From Candidatus Binatia bacterium (GTDB lineage Bacteria; Desulfobacterota; Binatia; Bin18): a DNA stretch of 59,474 nucleotides. Positions within the stretch are counted from its first letter, which is position 1. Each line of letters begins with the position of its first letter. The stretch spans positions 1 through 59,474 of the forward strand of contig JAJDZM010000225.1 in the NCBI GenBank assembly GCA_022824615.1, written 5' to 3'. The translations under genes were made by a program, and so were the position numbers. Below the pieces are notes generated by a model that was given only the letters and a program-made list of their open reading frames with translations, did no database searches and was not told the origin of the DNA. Positions 46,930 through 55,545 of the stretch are shown here, one piece after another.

Positions 46930-48987
46930 TTAGAATAATCCCGGATGAAAGGTTCCGCTGGTATCTTCGGTCGTGCACAGGGCGGCGGACACGATATCTC
47001 CAGTGTCCGCGCAGCACACATCTGTCGGGCCACAGGTAAAGCCGTCAAACAAGATGCGAGCGGCTGCATCCTGCCCCTGAAACGACGGGTGGAAACAGTC
47101 ACAGCACGAAATCTGCTCGCTCGTAAACTTGTACACCCAAGACGCGTTGCTGAAGCTGAGGGAAGTGCCGGCCGCCTTCTTGGCTGTCCCGCCGACTGTC
47201 TCGCCGCCTACTGTCACCACGGGAGAAGTTTCGTCATCGGCCAAGGCAGCATACTCCGCGGAGACGCGCTCCATAATGTCACGATAGGCCTTGGCTGTTT
47301 CGTAGCCATCCCTCAGGCGACGTTCGTCTGAGCAGTCGATAGTGATAGACCCGCACAGGCCAGTCGGTCGTAGCTCGAGTAGAGCATCCGACTTCCACAG
47401 GGATTCGCAGGTTCCGCCAAGAATAGAGCAGTTCGTTTTAGCCTTGTGATTGCACAACTGGGTTACCCGCACGGGCGCGGCAATGCCGATTTTCAATTCC
47501 GGGACGGCAATCAAAACGTCAAGCCCTTTGCGAAACTCGCGTTCAAACGCCGCCTCTGTGGTTCGACAGTGGTTCATCGGATCCTGATCGTCCCCCCTGT
47601 CACAGTCTGCTTGAATACGCTCAATGGTGCCGCTGCAAATATCGTTATGGCCCATTTCGACCGTGACATAACGCGGAGCAGCCGGGGGATCTATCCCGAA
47701 AAGCGCTGCCGATTCCTGCGCCTGGGCGAAAAAATCCTTGAGCATCTCGGCACCGGATTCCGCGCTATTGGGGTCGGCATTCACAATCATAGCGTCCTGA
47801 CGACATTCGATCCGTTCCGCCTGGCTAAAAACCCCGTCCTCACCGGCGCTGCAAAGCGCACTGCCATGAGTAATGCTGGTTGCCCAGTTGAAGTTCTCCT
47901 GGTCTAGATTAGTACACTCCCCGGCCCCCCCGGCGTTCACTGCTTTGCTGATGCTGTCCCCGATGGCGTCGATGGAGGCAATCCGGGGCGCGAGATTATC
48001 GAGCCGCGCAATCGTGAAGTTCTGGAGAGACTGTTGCCAGGCGACAATGAGGTCCGTTCCGGCCTCGGGGAAATTTTTCAGACGGGCGTGTTTGCCAACG
48101 TCCTCCAGGAATTCTGTATGAAAGGTCGAGACCCTGACCACGGCGCTGCCGAACTCCACTCCATCGGCCCGTGCGCTGACCGTATGCTGGCCATCGCTGA
48201 GCCGATTCCAGTTGAAGAGCAAGCCAAAGCCGTTGTCGGTGTCCCCGCAGAGGGTCTCCCCCTCCGGGGTATACTCAGTGTCCGGGCGGGTGGTCTTATA
48301 GCCGGCTCGCCAGGTCTCTTCCGTGGCGGTGCCGGGATTAAAGACAATGTCAATCTGCTCGGCCTCACACACCCAGCCGGAAATCACTCCTATACCGCTC
48401 TGAAACGAGCCCGGCTGCGGGTTCCCAAGCCTCATACGCGGTGGCGCAACGATCGTCCCACCGCTACTCCTGATGTCCCCCTGAATCACGAAGTTTTGGA
48501 GAGACTGTTGCCAGGCGAGGGTGATATCCTGGCCTTCAGTCGGAAAATCTTCAACGACAAACTCTCCGCTTACGTTTTCCTTGAATTCTTCCCCGAGGGT
48601 GGTGACTGTGAAGATCGCGCGACCAAACTCCTCCCCGTCAGCCCGGGCACTGACCGTATGCTGGCCATCGCCGAGCCGATTCCAGTTGAACAAGAGCCCA
48701 AAGCCGTTGTCGGTGTCCCCGCAGAGCACTTCTCCCTCCGGCGTATACGCCGTGTCTGGGCGGGTGGTCTTATAGCCGGCTCGCCAGGTCTCTTCCTTAG
48801 CGGTGCCGGGATTAAAGACAATATCAATCTGCTCGGCCTCGCACACCCAGCCGGAAATTACCCCCACACCACTCTGAAACGAGCCCGGCTGCGGGTTCTC
48901 AAAAGATGACTGCGCCCAGAGTGATTGGGGTAACAGGAAGACCCCGATCAGGGTGACAAAAAGTGCAATAAGGAGTGTGGCTTTCAT
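46930..48987 (-). CDS. Secreted SGNH/GDSL hydrolase with two tandem N-terminal repeat domains
   Basis: Signal peptide MKATLLIALF; two NPQPGSFQSG...WQQSLQNF domains; GDSIS, GHND and DCFHP catalytic blocks; Cys-rich. Confidence 0.8.
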   Translation of the reverse strand: MKATLLIALFVTLIGVFLLPQSLWAQSSFENPQPGSFQSGVGVISGWVCEAEQIDIVFNPGTAKEETWRAGYKTTRPDTAYTPEGEVLCGDTDNGFGLLFNWNRLGDGQHTVSARADGEEFGRAIFTVTTLGEEFKENVSGEFVVEDFPTEGQDITLAWQQSLQNFVIQGDIRSSGGTIVAPPRMRLGNPQPGSFQSGIGVISGWVCEAEQIDIVFNPGTATEETWRAGYKTTRPDTEYTPEGETLCGDTDNGFGLLFNWNRLSDGQHTVSARADGVEFGSAVVRVSTFHTEFLEDVGKHARLKNFPEAGTDLIVAWQQSLQNFTIARLDNLAPRIASIDAIGDSISKAVNAGGAGECTNLDQENFNWATSITHGSALCSAGEDGVFSQAERIECRQDAMIVNADPNSAESGAEMLKDFFAQAQESAALFGIDPPAAPRYVTVEMGHNDICSGTIERIQADCDRGDDQDPMNHCRTTEAAFEREFRKGLDVLIAVPELKIGIAAPVRVTQLCNHKAKTNCSILGGTCESLWKSDALLELRPTGLCGSITIDCSDERRLRDGYETAKAYRDIMERVSAEYAALADDETSPVVTVGGETVGGTAKKAAGTSLSFSNASWVYKFTSEQISCCDCFHPSFQGQDAAARILFDGFTCGPTDVCCADTGDIVSAALCTTEDTSGTFHPGLF
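48016..48897. repeat. Intragenic direct repeat: two ~408-bp copies with 474-bp period
   Basis: 48016..48423 versus 48490..48897; for example GCCGGCTCGCCAGGTCTCTTCC occurs at 48301 and 48775. Confidence 0.9.
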
Positions 48988-49106
48988 GACTATGCCTCGT
49001 AACATTCCTCCGACAGGTTGACAAATCCTTGGCAGGGGTATCCCATGGCCGGTCATAGTAAGAAAAGCTTTTCAGATGGGTAATCGTTCCAGAAGAAGGA
49101 GGGAGA

Positions 49107-50819
49107 ATGCAGTACGATCTGATTATTAAAAATGGGACCGTCGTTGATGGCTCGGGTATGCCCCGATTCCGTGCCGATGTGGGCATCGTGGATGGGAAAA
49201 TCGCCTCGATTGGTCGCATTCGCGACAGCGCGCAAGAGACGATCGACGCCGAGGGCCACGTCGTCACCCCCGGCTTTATTGATGGCCATACCCATATGGA
49301 CGCCCAAGTCTCCTGGGACCCGCTCGGAACGTGTTCCTGCTGGCATGGCATTACCAGCGTGGTGATGGGCAACTGCGGATTTTCGCTCGCGCCGTGCAAG
49401 GAGAGCGAAAAGGACATGGTCATGCGCAATCTGGAGCGGGCCGAAGACATTGCGCCCGAGGCCATGAATGCCGGCATCAAATGGACCTGGGAGACCTTTC
49501 CCGAGTATCTAGATTCGGTTGAGCGGCTGCCCAAAGGCATCAACTATGCCGCCTATATGGGGCATTCCGCCCTGCGTACCCACGTGATGGGCGAGCGTGC
49601 CTTTACCGACCCGGCCACCGAGCAGGATTTGGAGCAGATGAAACAGGCGGTGCGCGAAGCGATTCAGGCCGGCGCGATAGGGTTCACCACCTCGCGTACC
49701 CGCAACCACCAGACGCCGCAGCGCCAGCCCGTGGCTAGTCGGCTGGCCACCTGGGATGAGGTCCGGCAGTTGGTTGGCACGATGGGCGAAATGGGGGCCG
49801 GCATCTTTGAAATCGCCGGAGAAGACACCGGCCAGAACCCGGAGCGCATCCGTGAATACATGGACCGTCTCAAGGCTCTGGCGGTCGATACCGGAGTCCC
49901 GGTGACCTACGGCATGTTCAGCATGCGCCGGGCGCCGGACTGCTGGCAGCCCTATCTCGATTTAACCGAGGAAACCGCAGCCGCGGGCGGCCGCATGTTT
50001 CTTCAGGTACACAGCCGCGCGCTGAATGCGGTCCTGTCCTTTCAGACCAATACGCCGTTCGACCGGCTGCCGAGCTGGCGTGCGCTCAAGAAGATGAAGT
50101 CACTCGAAGAGAAGGAAGCAGCCCTGCGGAATCCTGACTACCGGCGCAAACTGGTTGAAGAGGCTCACACCCAAGAGGACGACGGCAACCGGGGGGTCGG
50201 TCCCGAAGCGCGGGCGGCGAATTTCAAATGGCTGTTCTTGATGGACAAGCCCAATCCGCCCCACCGCTCCATTGAGGAGATCGCCGCGGAGCGGAACCAG
50301 GACCCGGTCGAGACCTTTATTGATCTGGCCCTGGAGAAAAACCTCAAGCAGTTCTTCCTGCAACCGCTGGCCAATGAGAACCAGGAGCATGTGCTGGAGA
50401 TGATGCGGCACCCGCGTTCCGTCATCACTTTCTCTGACTCCGGCGCGCACGTGTCCCAGATTATGGATTCGTCCTTACAGACCCATCTGCTGAGCCATTG
50501 GGTGCGCGAGCAGCAAGCCATCACCCTCGAAGATGCGGTCCGGCAACTCACCTTTGTGCCGGCCTCTCAGTGGGGGTTGCACGGGCGCGGCCTGCTGCGC
50601 GAGGGGATGACCGCGGACGTCGTGGTCTTCGACCCGGAAACGGTTGGGCCGATGATGCCGGAGTTGACCTACGATCTGCCCGCAGGCGCGCGGCGGCTCA
50701 AACAGAAAGCCGCGGGTTTTCTGGCTTCGGTCGTCAACGGCCAGGTGGTCCTGCGTGAAAACGAACCTACCGGTGCGCTGCCCGGCCAGTTGTTGCGCGG
50801 GCCGCTAGCTCAACGTTAA
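49107..50819 (+). CDS. N-acyl-D-amino-acid deacylase family amidohydrolase
   Basis: VVDGSG, PGFIDGHTHMD, VMGNCG and SDSGAH motifs. Confidence 0.9.
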   Translation: MQYDLIIKNGTVVDGSGMPRFRADVGIVDGKIASIGRIRDSAQETIDAEGHVVTPGFIDGHTHMDAQVSWDPLGTCSCWHGITSVVMGNCGFSLAPCKESEKDMVMRNLERAEDIAPEAMNAGIKWTWETFPEYLDSVERLPKGINYAAYMGHSALRTHVMGERAFTDPATEQDLEQMKQAVREAIQAGAIGFTTSRTRNHQTPQRQPVASRLATWDEVRQLVGTMGEMGAGIFEIAGEDTGQNPERIREYMDRLKALAVDTGVPVTYGMFSMRRAPDCWQPYLDLTEETAAAGGRMFLQVHSRALNAVLSFQTNTPFDRLPSWRALKKMKSLEEKEAALRNPDYRRKLVEEAHTQEDDGNRGVGPEARAANFKWLFLMDKPNPPHRSIEEIAAERNQDPVETFIDLALEKNLKQFFLQPLANENQEHVLEMMRHPRSVITFSDSGAHVSQIMDSSLQTHLLSHWVREQQAITLEDAVRQLTFVPASQWGLHGRGLLREGMTADVVVFDPETVGPMMPELTYDLPAGARRLKQKAAGFLASVVNGQVVLRENEPTGALPGQLLRGPLAQR

Positions 50820-50880
50820 GCGTCGGATTTTTGACTTTCCACACGGGCGGATGTGAGCGATCATGTCTGCCCGTCTGTGT

Positions 50881-51594
50881 TTATCCCGGCAGCGCCCGGC
50901 ACTCCTGACCGCTATAGAGCTGTGGGTCAAGCCCAACGGTTTCTCCAGCCACCTGTCCGGCGGCGTAGCCCTCAGGATCAACTTTCAGCGAGCGTGGTGT
51001 ACCGGACAGCTTGCGCAGGCGAGTCCCCTGGCCGGCCAGATAGGTATAGACCTCGTCGCGATAGTTTTTCCGTACCGCGGGCAAGGTAGTCTTGGCAGCG
51101 GCCGGCTCTCGTTCGGCAATCAGGGCTTTGATCTTGTCGGTGATAGACTGGGCGCAGCCATAGGCAAAGGAGTCCAGAAAACGTCGCCCCTTGCCGTAAT
51201 GCTCCTTGCGCAAACGCTGGACAGTGTGAATCAGATAGCTCAGCATCTCTTTGGCAACAACGACATTATGCGAACGACCGATAATAAACGACCGGCCCAC
51301 GGACAGGGTCGAACAGCAGAAATACAGTTTGCAGGTTGCGAGCCAGAGCAGCCGTTCCCACGGGAGCAGGCGGCTCGTTTTCCAGCCCTCGACTCGCATG
51401 TCCTGTTCGCTCTGTACGCCCTGGGCCTCAACCTCTGTCAACGAGAGATTATAGGAGGCCAGGAGCTGATGAACCTTGGCCGCTGCCAGGGCCGCTTCGT
51501 GTTCGGTCGCGGCTTCATCGCGGCTGAGTTGGAGCAGTTTCTGGATTTTATGGATGAGGGAATCCGGAGCAACGGAATCGATAGCGGTATTCAT
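50881..51594 (-). CDS. DUF2786 domain protein
   Basis: KIQKLLQLS...EHEAALAAAKVHQLLASYNL and C-terminal GYAAG; start uncertain (51594 or 51648). Confidence 0.75.
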   Translation of the reverse strand: MNTAIDSVAPDSLIHKIQKLLQLSRDEAATEHEAALAAAKVHQLLASYNLSLTEVEAQGVQSEQDMRVEGWKTSRLLPWERLLWLATCKLYFCCSTLSVGRSFIIGRSHNVVVAKEMLSYLIHTVQRLRKEHYGKGRRFLDSFAYGCAQSITDKIKALIAEREPAAAKTTLPAVRKNYRDEVYTYLAGQGTRLRKLSGTPRSLKVDPEGYAAGQVAGETVGLDPQLYSGQECRALPG

Positions 51595-51659
51595 TCCTAC
51601 CCATTCTACTGGGCACTCTGAGAAAACACTAGGGCGTATGATCGCCACCGGTGCTGCAC

Positions 51660-52454
51660 TCAGCTCCCGAGCTGACCGATACCCCAGCGGATGCCGCGCC
51701 TGAGCAGTTCATAATACACCGCTGACTCCCACGAACAGCGCTCAACAGAGCAGACCGGCATAAAGGGCTGCATGTCGTATTTCCCTCGACAGTGACCGAG
51801 CGTCAGATAGAGGACTTCCCCCTGACCGCAGGGGTGCAGATAGAGCTGGGGTCGCGGGTCGTCATTACCCAGGTCCTCGCGAACATAGCCCTCCGATTTG
51901 GCGCTATAGCGTGACTCCAGCAGCGTGTGGATTTCACCGTAAAATTCGCAGTAATACGGCTCGTCCGTGACCTCGAAGGGTTGAATGTCGCGGACGAGCG
52001 GGTGGCTGGGGTCGGCGACCGTGACGTGAATGGGCTGAATGGGTGGATGCGACACAAAGTGGTTGCCCAGCATGTCAGACAAGGCCGGTGCTTTCCGTGG
52101 CGTATCAACCTTGCCGGGAATCACAACCCCGTCGGTCTCCAGACTTTCTCCGACAAACTCCAGCAGCGCACTCGTACCGTGCAGGGCAAACCAGCGCCCG
52201 CCGCTGTTGAGAAACTGCTGGAGACCCTCCTGTTGCTCCGAGGTCGGACACACATCGCAGGTATAGGTGACGAGAAGTCTGGATTGCCGGATGGCGTCAT
52301 GATCGCGGTAATCTTCGGCGACCCGGACAACCACGTCCTCGTGTTCGGCCAGAAGCTTGAGCAGTTCAAGTCGAGCAAAATTGGTGTCGTGATATCTGGC
52401 GTTACAGATGAGATAGACATCAATACGAGCATCCCCATTACTATTTTCTGCCAT
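51660..52454 (-). CDS. ThuA-like (class I glutamine amidotransferase-like) domain protein
   Basis: GGRWFALHG, F.SHPP, DEPY and YLTLGH motifs; start at ATG 52454. Confidence 0.82.
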   Translation of the reverse strand: MAENSNGDARIDVYLICNARYHDTNFARLELLKLLAEHEDVVVRVAEDYRDHDAIRQSRLLVTYTCDVCPTSEQQEGLQQFLNSGGRWFALHGTSALLEFVGESLETDGVVIPGKVDTPRKAPALSDMLGNHFVSHPPIQPIHVTVADPSHPLVRDIQPFEVTDEPYYCEFYGEIHTLLESRYSAKSEGYVREDLGNDDPRPQLYLHPCGQGEVLYLTLGHCRGKYDMQPFMPVCSVERCSWESAVYYELLRRGIRWGIGQLGS

Positions 52455-52628
52455 AGCGCTCTCCTCCGGCTGGTATAACCTTAGCTCCATTATCCAGTTC
52501 GTGGACCAGAAAGATATCCTGGAGCGCTATGCCGGGAAAGAGACCGTCCCCATACATCTTTGCACCTGAGCCTGGGAGTGCTATGCCGTCAGTATTGAAA
52601 CGCATTTTCAGTATGCAGGAGGGGCATT

Positions 52629-53627
52629 ATGGAAAACGGACATACCATTTGTGTCGGAACTGTTGGCGCCGGGGTGTGGTATAGCTCGGACAGTGGCACC
52701 CGTTGGCGGCGGAGTCGCATGAAGCTGCCGTTCCACGCCGAACCTGGGGAAATCCAGATTCGCTCGCTGGTGGTGTCTCCGCACAACCCCAACGTGGTGT
52801 ATGCCGGCTCCGAGGTCGGGCTGTATCGCAGCGAGGACAAAGGGGCGGTTTGGGACCTGATAGAATCACCCGCAGACGGCAAACAAATCTGGTCCATTGC
52901 CGTGCATCCTGACAACCCGGACATCGTTCTTATTGGGACCAAACCGCCGTGTGTCTTTCGCACCAAGGACGATGGTCAGAACTGGGAGGAACTCCCCCTT
53001 AACGCCGCCGAGCGTTGCCTCGCCGGCGCGCCCAAGGTCACCAATCTCCTTTTTGATCCGCGTGACTCCGGCACGGTCTGGGCCAGTGTCGAGATCGACG
53101 GCGTCTATCGGAGTCTCGATGGCGGCGACACCTGGGAGCATCTGCCCGCCCTGGGCGACAGCGAGCTGAACCAGGATATCCACGGTCTGACCATCAGTCC
53201 CGACCCGCACCGAAAAATCATTGCCACCACCCCGGATGGCATCTGGACCAGCACGGACGAAGGCCAGAGCTGGGCGCTGCACGCGTTCCCACGTTTCTCC
53301 GAGCGAGGCATTTCATACTGTCGTGGCGTGGCGCTGAAAGCCGACGACCCCAACGTCATGTTTGTGGGCAATGGCGATTTCATCCCAGGCAAGGTCGGGG
53401 CTATCCAGCGTTCGACCGACGGTGGGCAAACCTGGCAGTCCGCCCCGTTACCCGTGGTGCCAAACTCGACCATGTACTGGTTTGCCACGCATCCGGCGGA
53501 CCCCGACTTTATCGTGGCCAACAGCCTGCACGGCTATGTCTACACCAGTCAGGACGGCGGAGCGTCGTGGACCAAATCGGAACGAGAGTTCGGTGAGGTC
53601 CGGGCCTTGGCCTGGGTGCCAAACTAA
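52629..53627 (+). CDS. BNR/Asp-box repeat beta-propeller protein
   Basis: Repeated S.D.G.(T/S)W boxes (SSDSGTRW, SLDGGDTW, STDGGQTW, SQDGGASW). Confidence 0.85.
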   Translation: MENGHTICVGTVGAGVWYSSDSGTRWRRSRMKLPFHAEPGEIQIRSLVVSPHNPNVVYAGSEVGLYRSEDKGAVWDLIESPADGKQIWSIAVHPDNPDIVLIGTKPPCVFRTKDDGQNWEELPLNAAERCLAGAPKVTNLLFDPRDSGTVWASVEIDGVYRSLDGGDTWEHLPALGDSELNQDIHGLTISPDPHRKIIATTPDGIWTSTDEGQSWALHAFPRFSERGISYCRGVALKADDPNVMFVGNGDFIPGKVGAIQRSTDGGQTWQSAPLPVVPNSTMYWFATHPADPDFIVANSLHGYVYTSQDGGASWTKSEREFGEVRALAWVPN

Positions 53628-53631
53628 CAAG

Positions 53632-53669
53632 TCCCCTCTCCCCTGGTGGGAGAGGGCCAGGGTGAGGGG
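53632..53669 (+). repeat. REP-like repeat, copy 2
   Basis: TCCCCTCTCCCCTGGTGGGAGAGGGCCAGGGTGAGGGG. Confidence 0.8.
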
Positions 53670-53720
53670 GATAGTCTCGCGGGTGCAGCCCATGCACCTC
53701 TGCCGCCAGCGCGCCCCCCA

Positions 53721-53757
53721 TCCCCTCTTGGGAGGGGTGGCCGAAGGCCGGGGTGGG
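53721..53757 (+). repeat. Second REP-like palindrome family copy
   Basis: TCCCCTCTTGGGAGGGGTGGCCGAAGGCCGGGGTGGG. Confidence 0.55.
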
Positions 53758-53763
53758 TTGCCC

Positions 53764-55263
53764 TTACCCGACTCCATATTTTTTCATCCAGTTGGTAAAC
53801 GTCTGGTAGTTCGGCAGGCCGACCAGTTTGCAGGCCGCGGACTTATTGCTCCGAGCCTCGCTGTACGCCCGGCTCAGATAATGTCGTGCTACCTCGGCCA
53901 GCAGGTCGGGCAGATCGAATCCATCGCCCAGGCTGCGGTTCAGTACCGACTCGGAAGCAGGGAGCTCTTTTCTGACCGGAAAGAGCGCCGCCTGAATGTC
54001 CTGCGCGTTAATGACTTGTGTCACGGCCCAGATGGCAGCCCGAGATAGGGTGTTGGACAGCTCACGGACATTTCCCGGCCAGGGGTGTTGGAGGAGAAGA
54101 TTTCTTGCCTCAACAGACAATTGTTTGTGAACCCACCCGGGCTGCCGCGCACAGTCGGTATTGATTTTCTCCAACACGTGATCAATCAGTAGGCCCACGT
54201 CCCCGGTTCGCTCGCGCAGAGCCGGCAGGCGTAGCACGCCGACTGCCAGCCGGTGGAACAGGTCTTCTCGGAAGCGTTGTCCGGCAACTTCATCCCGAAG
54301 GTTGCGATTGGTGGCGGCAATGACTCGAATGTCTATCTTCCTGGGCTTGGTCGAACCGATCCGTTGGACCGTGCCTTCCTGAAGACAGCGCAGCAGCTTG
54401 ACCTGGGCGGCCAGCGGAAGCTCGCCGATTTCATCCAGAAACAGGGTACCGGTATGCGCGGCTTCCAAATAACCGGCTTTGGCCTCGGCTCCGGTGAAGG
54501 CTCCTTTGGTAGTGCCGAAAAACTCGGCTTCGACCAACTCACCCGGAATCGCTCCGCAGTTGACCTCGATGAACGGCCGTCCGGCCCTGTGGCTGGACGC
54601 ATGAATCGCTCGCGCGAACAGTTCTTTGCCGGTGCCAGACTCGCCCTGAATCAACACCGGCACATCGTGCACGGCCAGTCGTCTGGCTCGGGCAATCTCT
54701 GTTTTCACTGCCTGACAGCGATGGATGATTGCCCCAAATTCCGGGGCTTCCGCCGGTAGCCCTTGCGTGAGGCGGACAATCTGGTCAGCATTGATCTGCG
54801 GCAGGTATTCAGCCGCAAGGTCGAATGGAAACGAGACGGTCCGGACACCGTCCTGCACGGACGACTCTATGAGTTCCGCAGGATGGGTGGTTTTGGCCAG
54901 CACGATCCACACCGCAGCCATAGCCGGGGTGCCCGGACTGAGATGATACACGAACCGGGCAGAGCCGTTTGCCTTGTCGCGCAGACTATTGAGCACCGCT
55001 ACAGCGGCTTCATAGATTTCGTCGAATCGGGTAGGGCTGCTCAGAGAGACTGTGTGAAGGGTAGCCTTGATCCTGCACCGCTCGTTCAGCCATGTGCGGT
55101 AAGTCTGTGACTGATGAGGCGCATGGTCGGTCAGGAGATGGACAGTATCAAACTCCCGTGCCTGCACAGCCTGTCCGATGGGGCCGAGTTCACCGTCCAA
55201 TTCGTTACCGGAAGCCCGCAAATCCGTATTGCCCAGCCAGGCGACAAGAACACATTGAGACAT
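53764..55263 (-). CDS. Sigma-54-dependent enhancer-binding protein with RtcR/CARF-like N-terminal domain
   Basis: GESGTGKE, GAFTGA, LFLDEIG, FREDL and WPGNVREL motifs plus C-terminal HTH. N-terminus VAWLGNTD...HLSPGTPAM resembles the RtcR sensor domain. Confidence 0.88.
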   Translation of the reverse strand: MSQCVLVAWLGNTDLRASGNELDGELGPIGQAVQAREFDTVHLLTDHAPHQSQTYRTWLNERCRIKATLHTVSLSSPTRFDEIYEAAVAVLNSLRDKANGSARFVYHLSPGTPAMAAVWIVLAKTTHPAELIESSVQDGVRTVSFPFDLAAEYLPQINADQIVRLTQGLPAEAPEFGAIIHRCQAVKTEIARARRLAVHDVPVLIQGESGTGKELFARAIHASSHRAGRPFIEVNCGAIPGELVEAEFFGTTKGAFTGAEAKAGYLEAAHTGTLFLDEIGELPLAAQVKLLRCLQEGTVQRIGSTKPRKIDIRVIAATNRNLRDEVAGQRFREDLFHRLAVGVLRLPALRERTGDVGLLIDHVLEKINTDCARQPGWVHKQLSVEARNLLLQHPWPGNVRELSNTLSRAAIWAVTQVINAQDIQAALFPVRKELPASESVLNRSLGDGFDLPDLLAEVARHYLSRAYSEARSNKSAACKLVGLPNYQTFTNWMKKYGVG

Positions 55264-55274
55264 GGCCTGTTCAT

Positions 55275-55288
55275 ACAAGATTTCTTGT
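55275..55288. promoter_or_regulatory. Candidate enhancer/operator palindrome
   Basis: ACAAGA-tt-TCTTGT, about 200 bp upstream of the sigma-54 promoter and next to the activator start. Confidence 0.3.
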
Positions 55289-55347
55289 TCCATGCAAAGT
55301 TTTGTGTGACCCAATTCCCTCCTTTTCCCGGAGAGAGGCATGTTTTT

Positions 55348-55384
55348 TCCCTCTCCCCTGGAGGGAGAGGGCTAGGGTGAGGGG
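55348..55384 (+). repeat. REP-like repeat, copy 3
   Basis: TCCCTCTCCCCTGGAGGGAGAGGGCTAGGGTGAGGGG. Confidence 0.8.
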
Positions 55385-55482
55385 GAAATGCAAACTGAAT
55401 CACTGCCCAAAAATGGAGTTCAATAGCCAAGCGTCGTTAATTTCCGTACAGTGGGGCCGTTCAATGCAAGGCGGTACCATCG

Positions 55483-55498
55483 TGGCACGGGAGTTGCA
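55483..55498 (+). promoter_or_regulatory. Sigma-54 (-24/-12) promoter
   Basis: TGGCAC-GGGAG-TTGCA with exact GG-N10-GC spacing, 47 nt upstream of ATG 55546 and facing away from a GAFTGA activator. Confidence 0.85.
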
Positions 55499-55545
55499 CT
55501 ATCCTCTAAGCAGAAAGCTGAACAACGGAACCGGAGAACAAGAAC

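Noticed and set aside
53764-55263. Calling the activator rtcR of an RNA-repair operon
   Set aside because: No rtcA or rtcB lies in the window; its apparent target is the ATPase operon.
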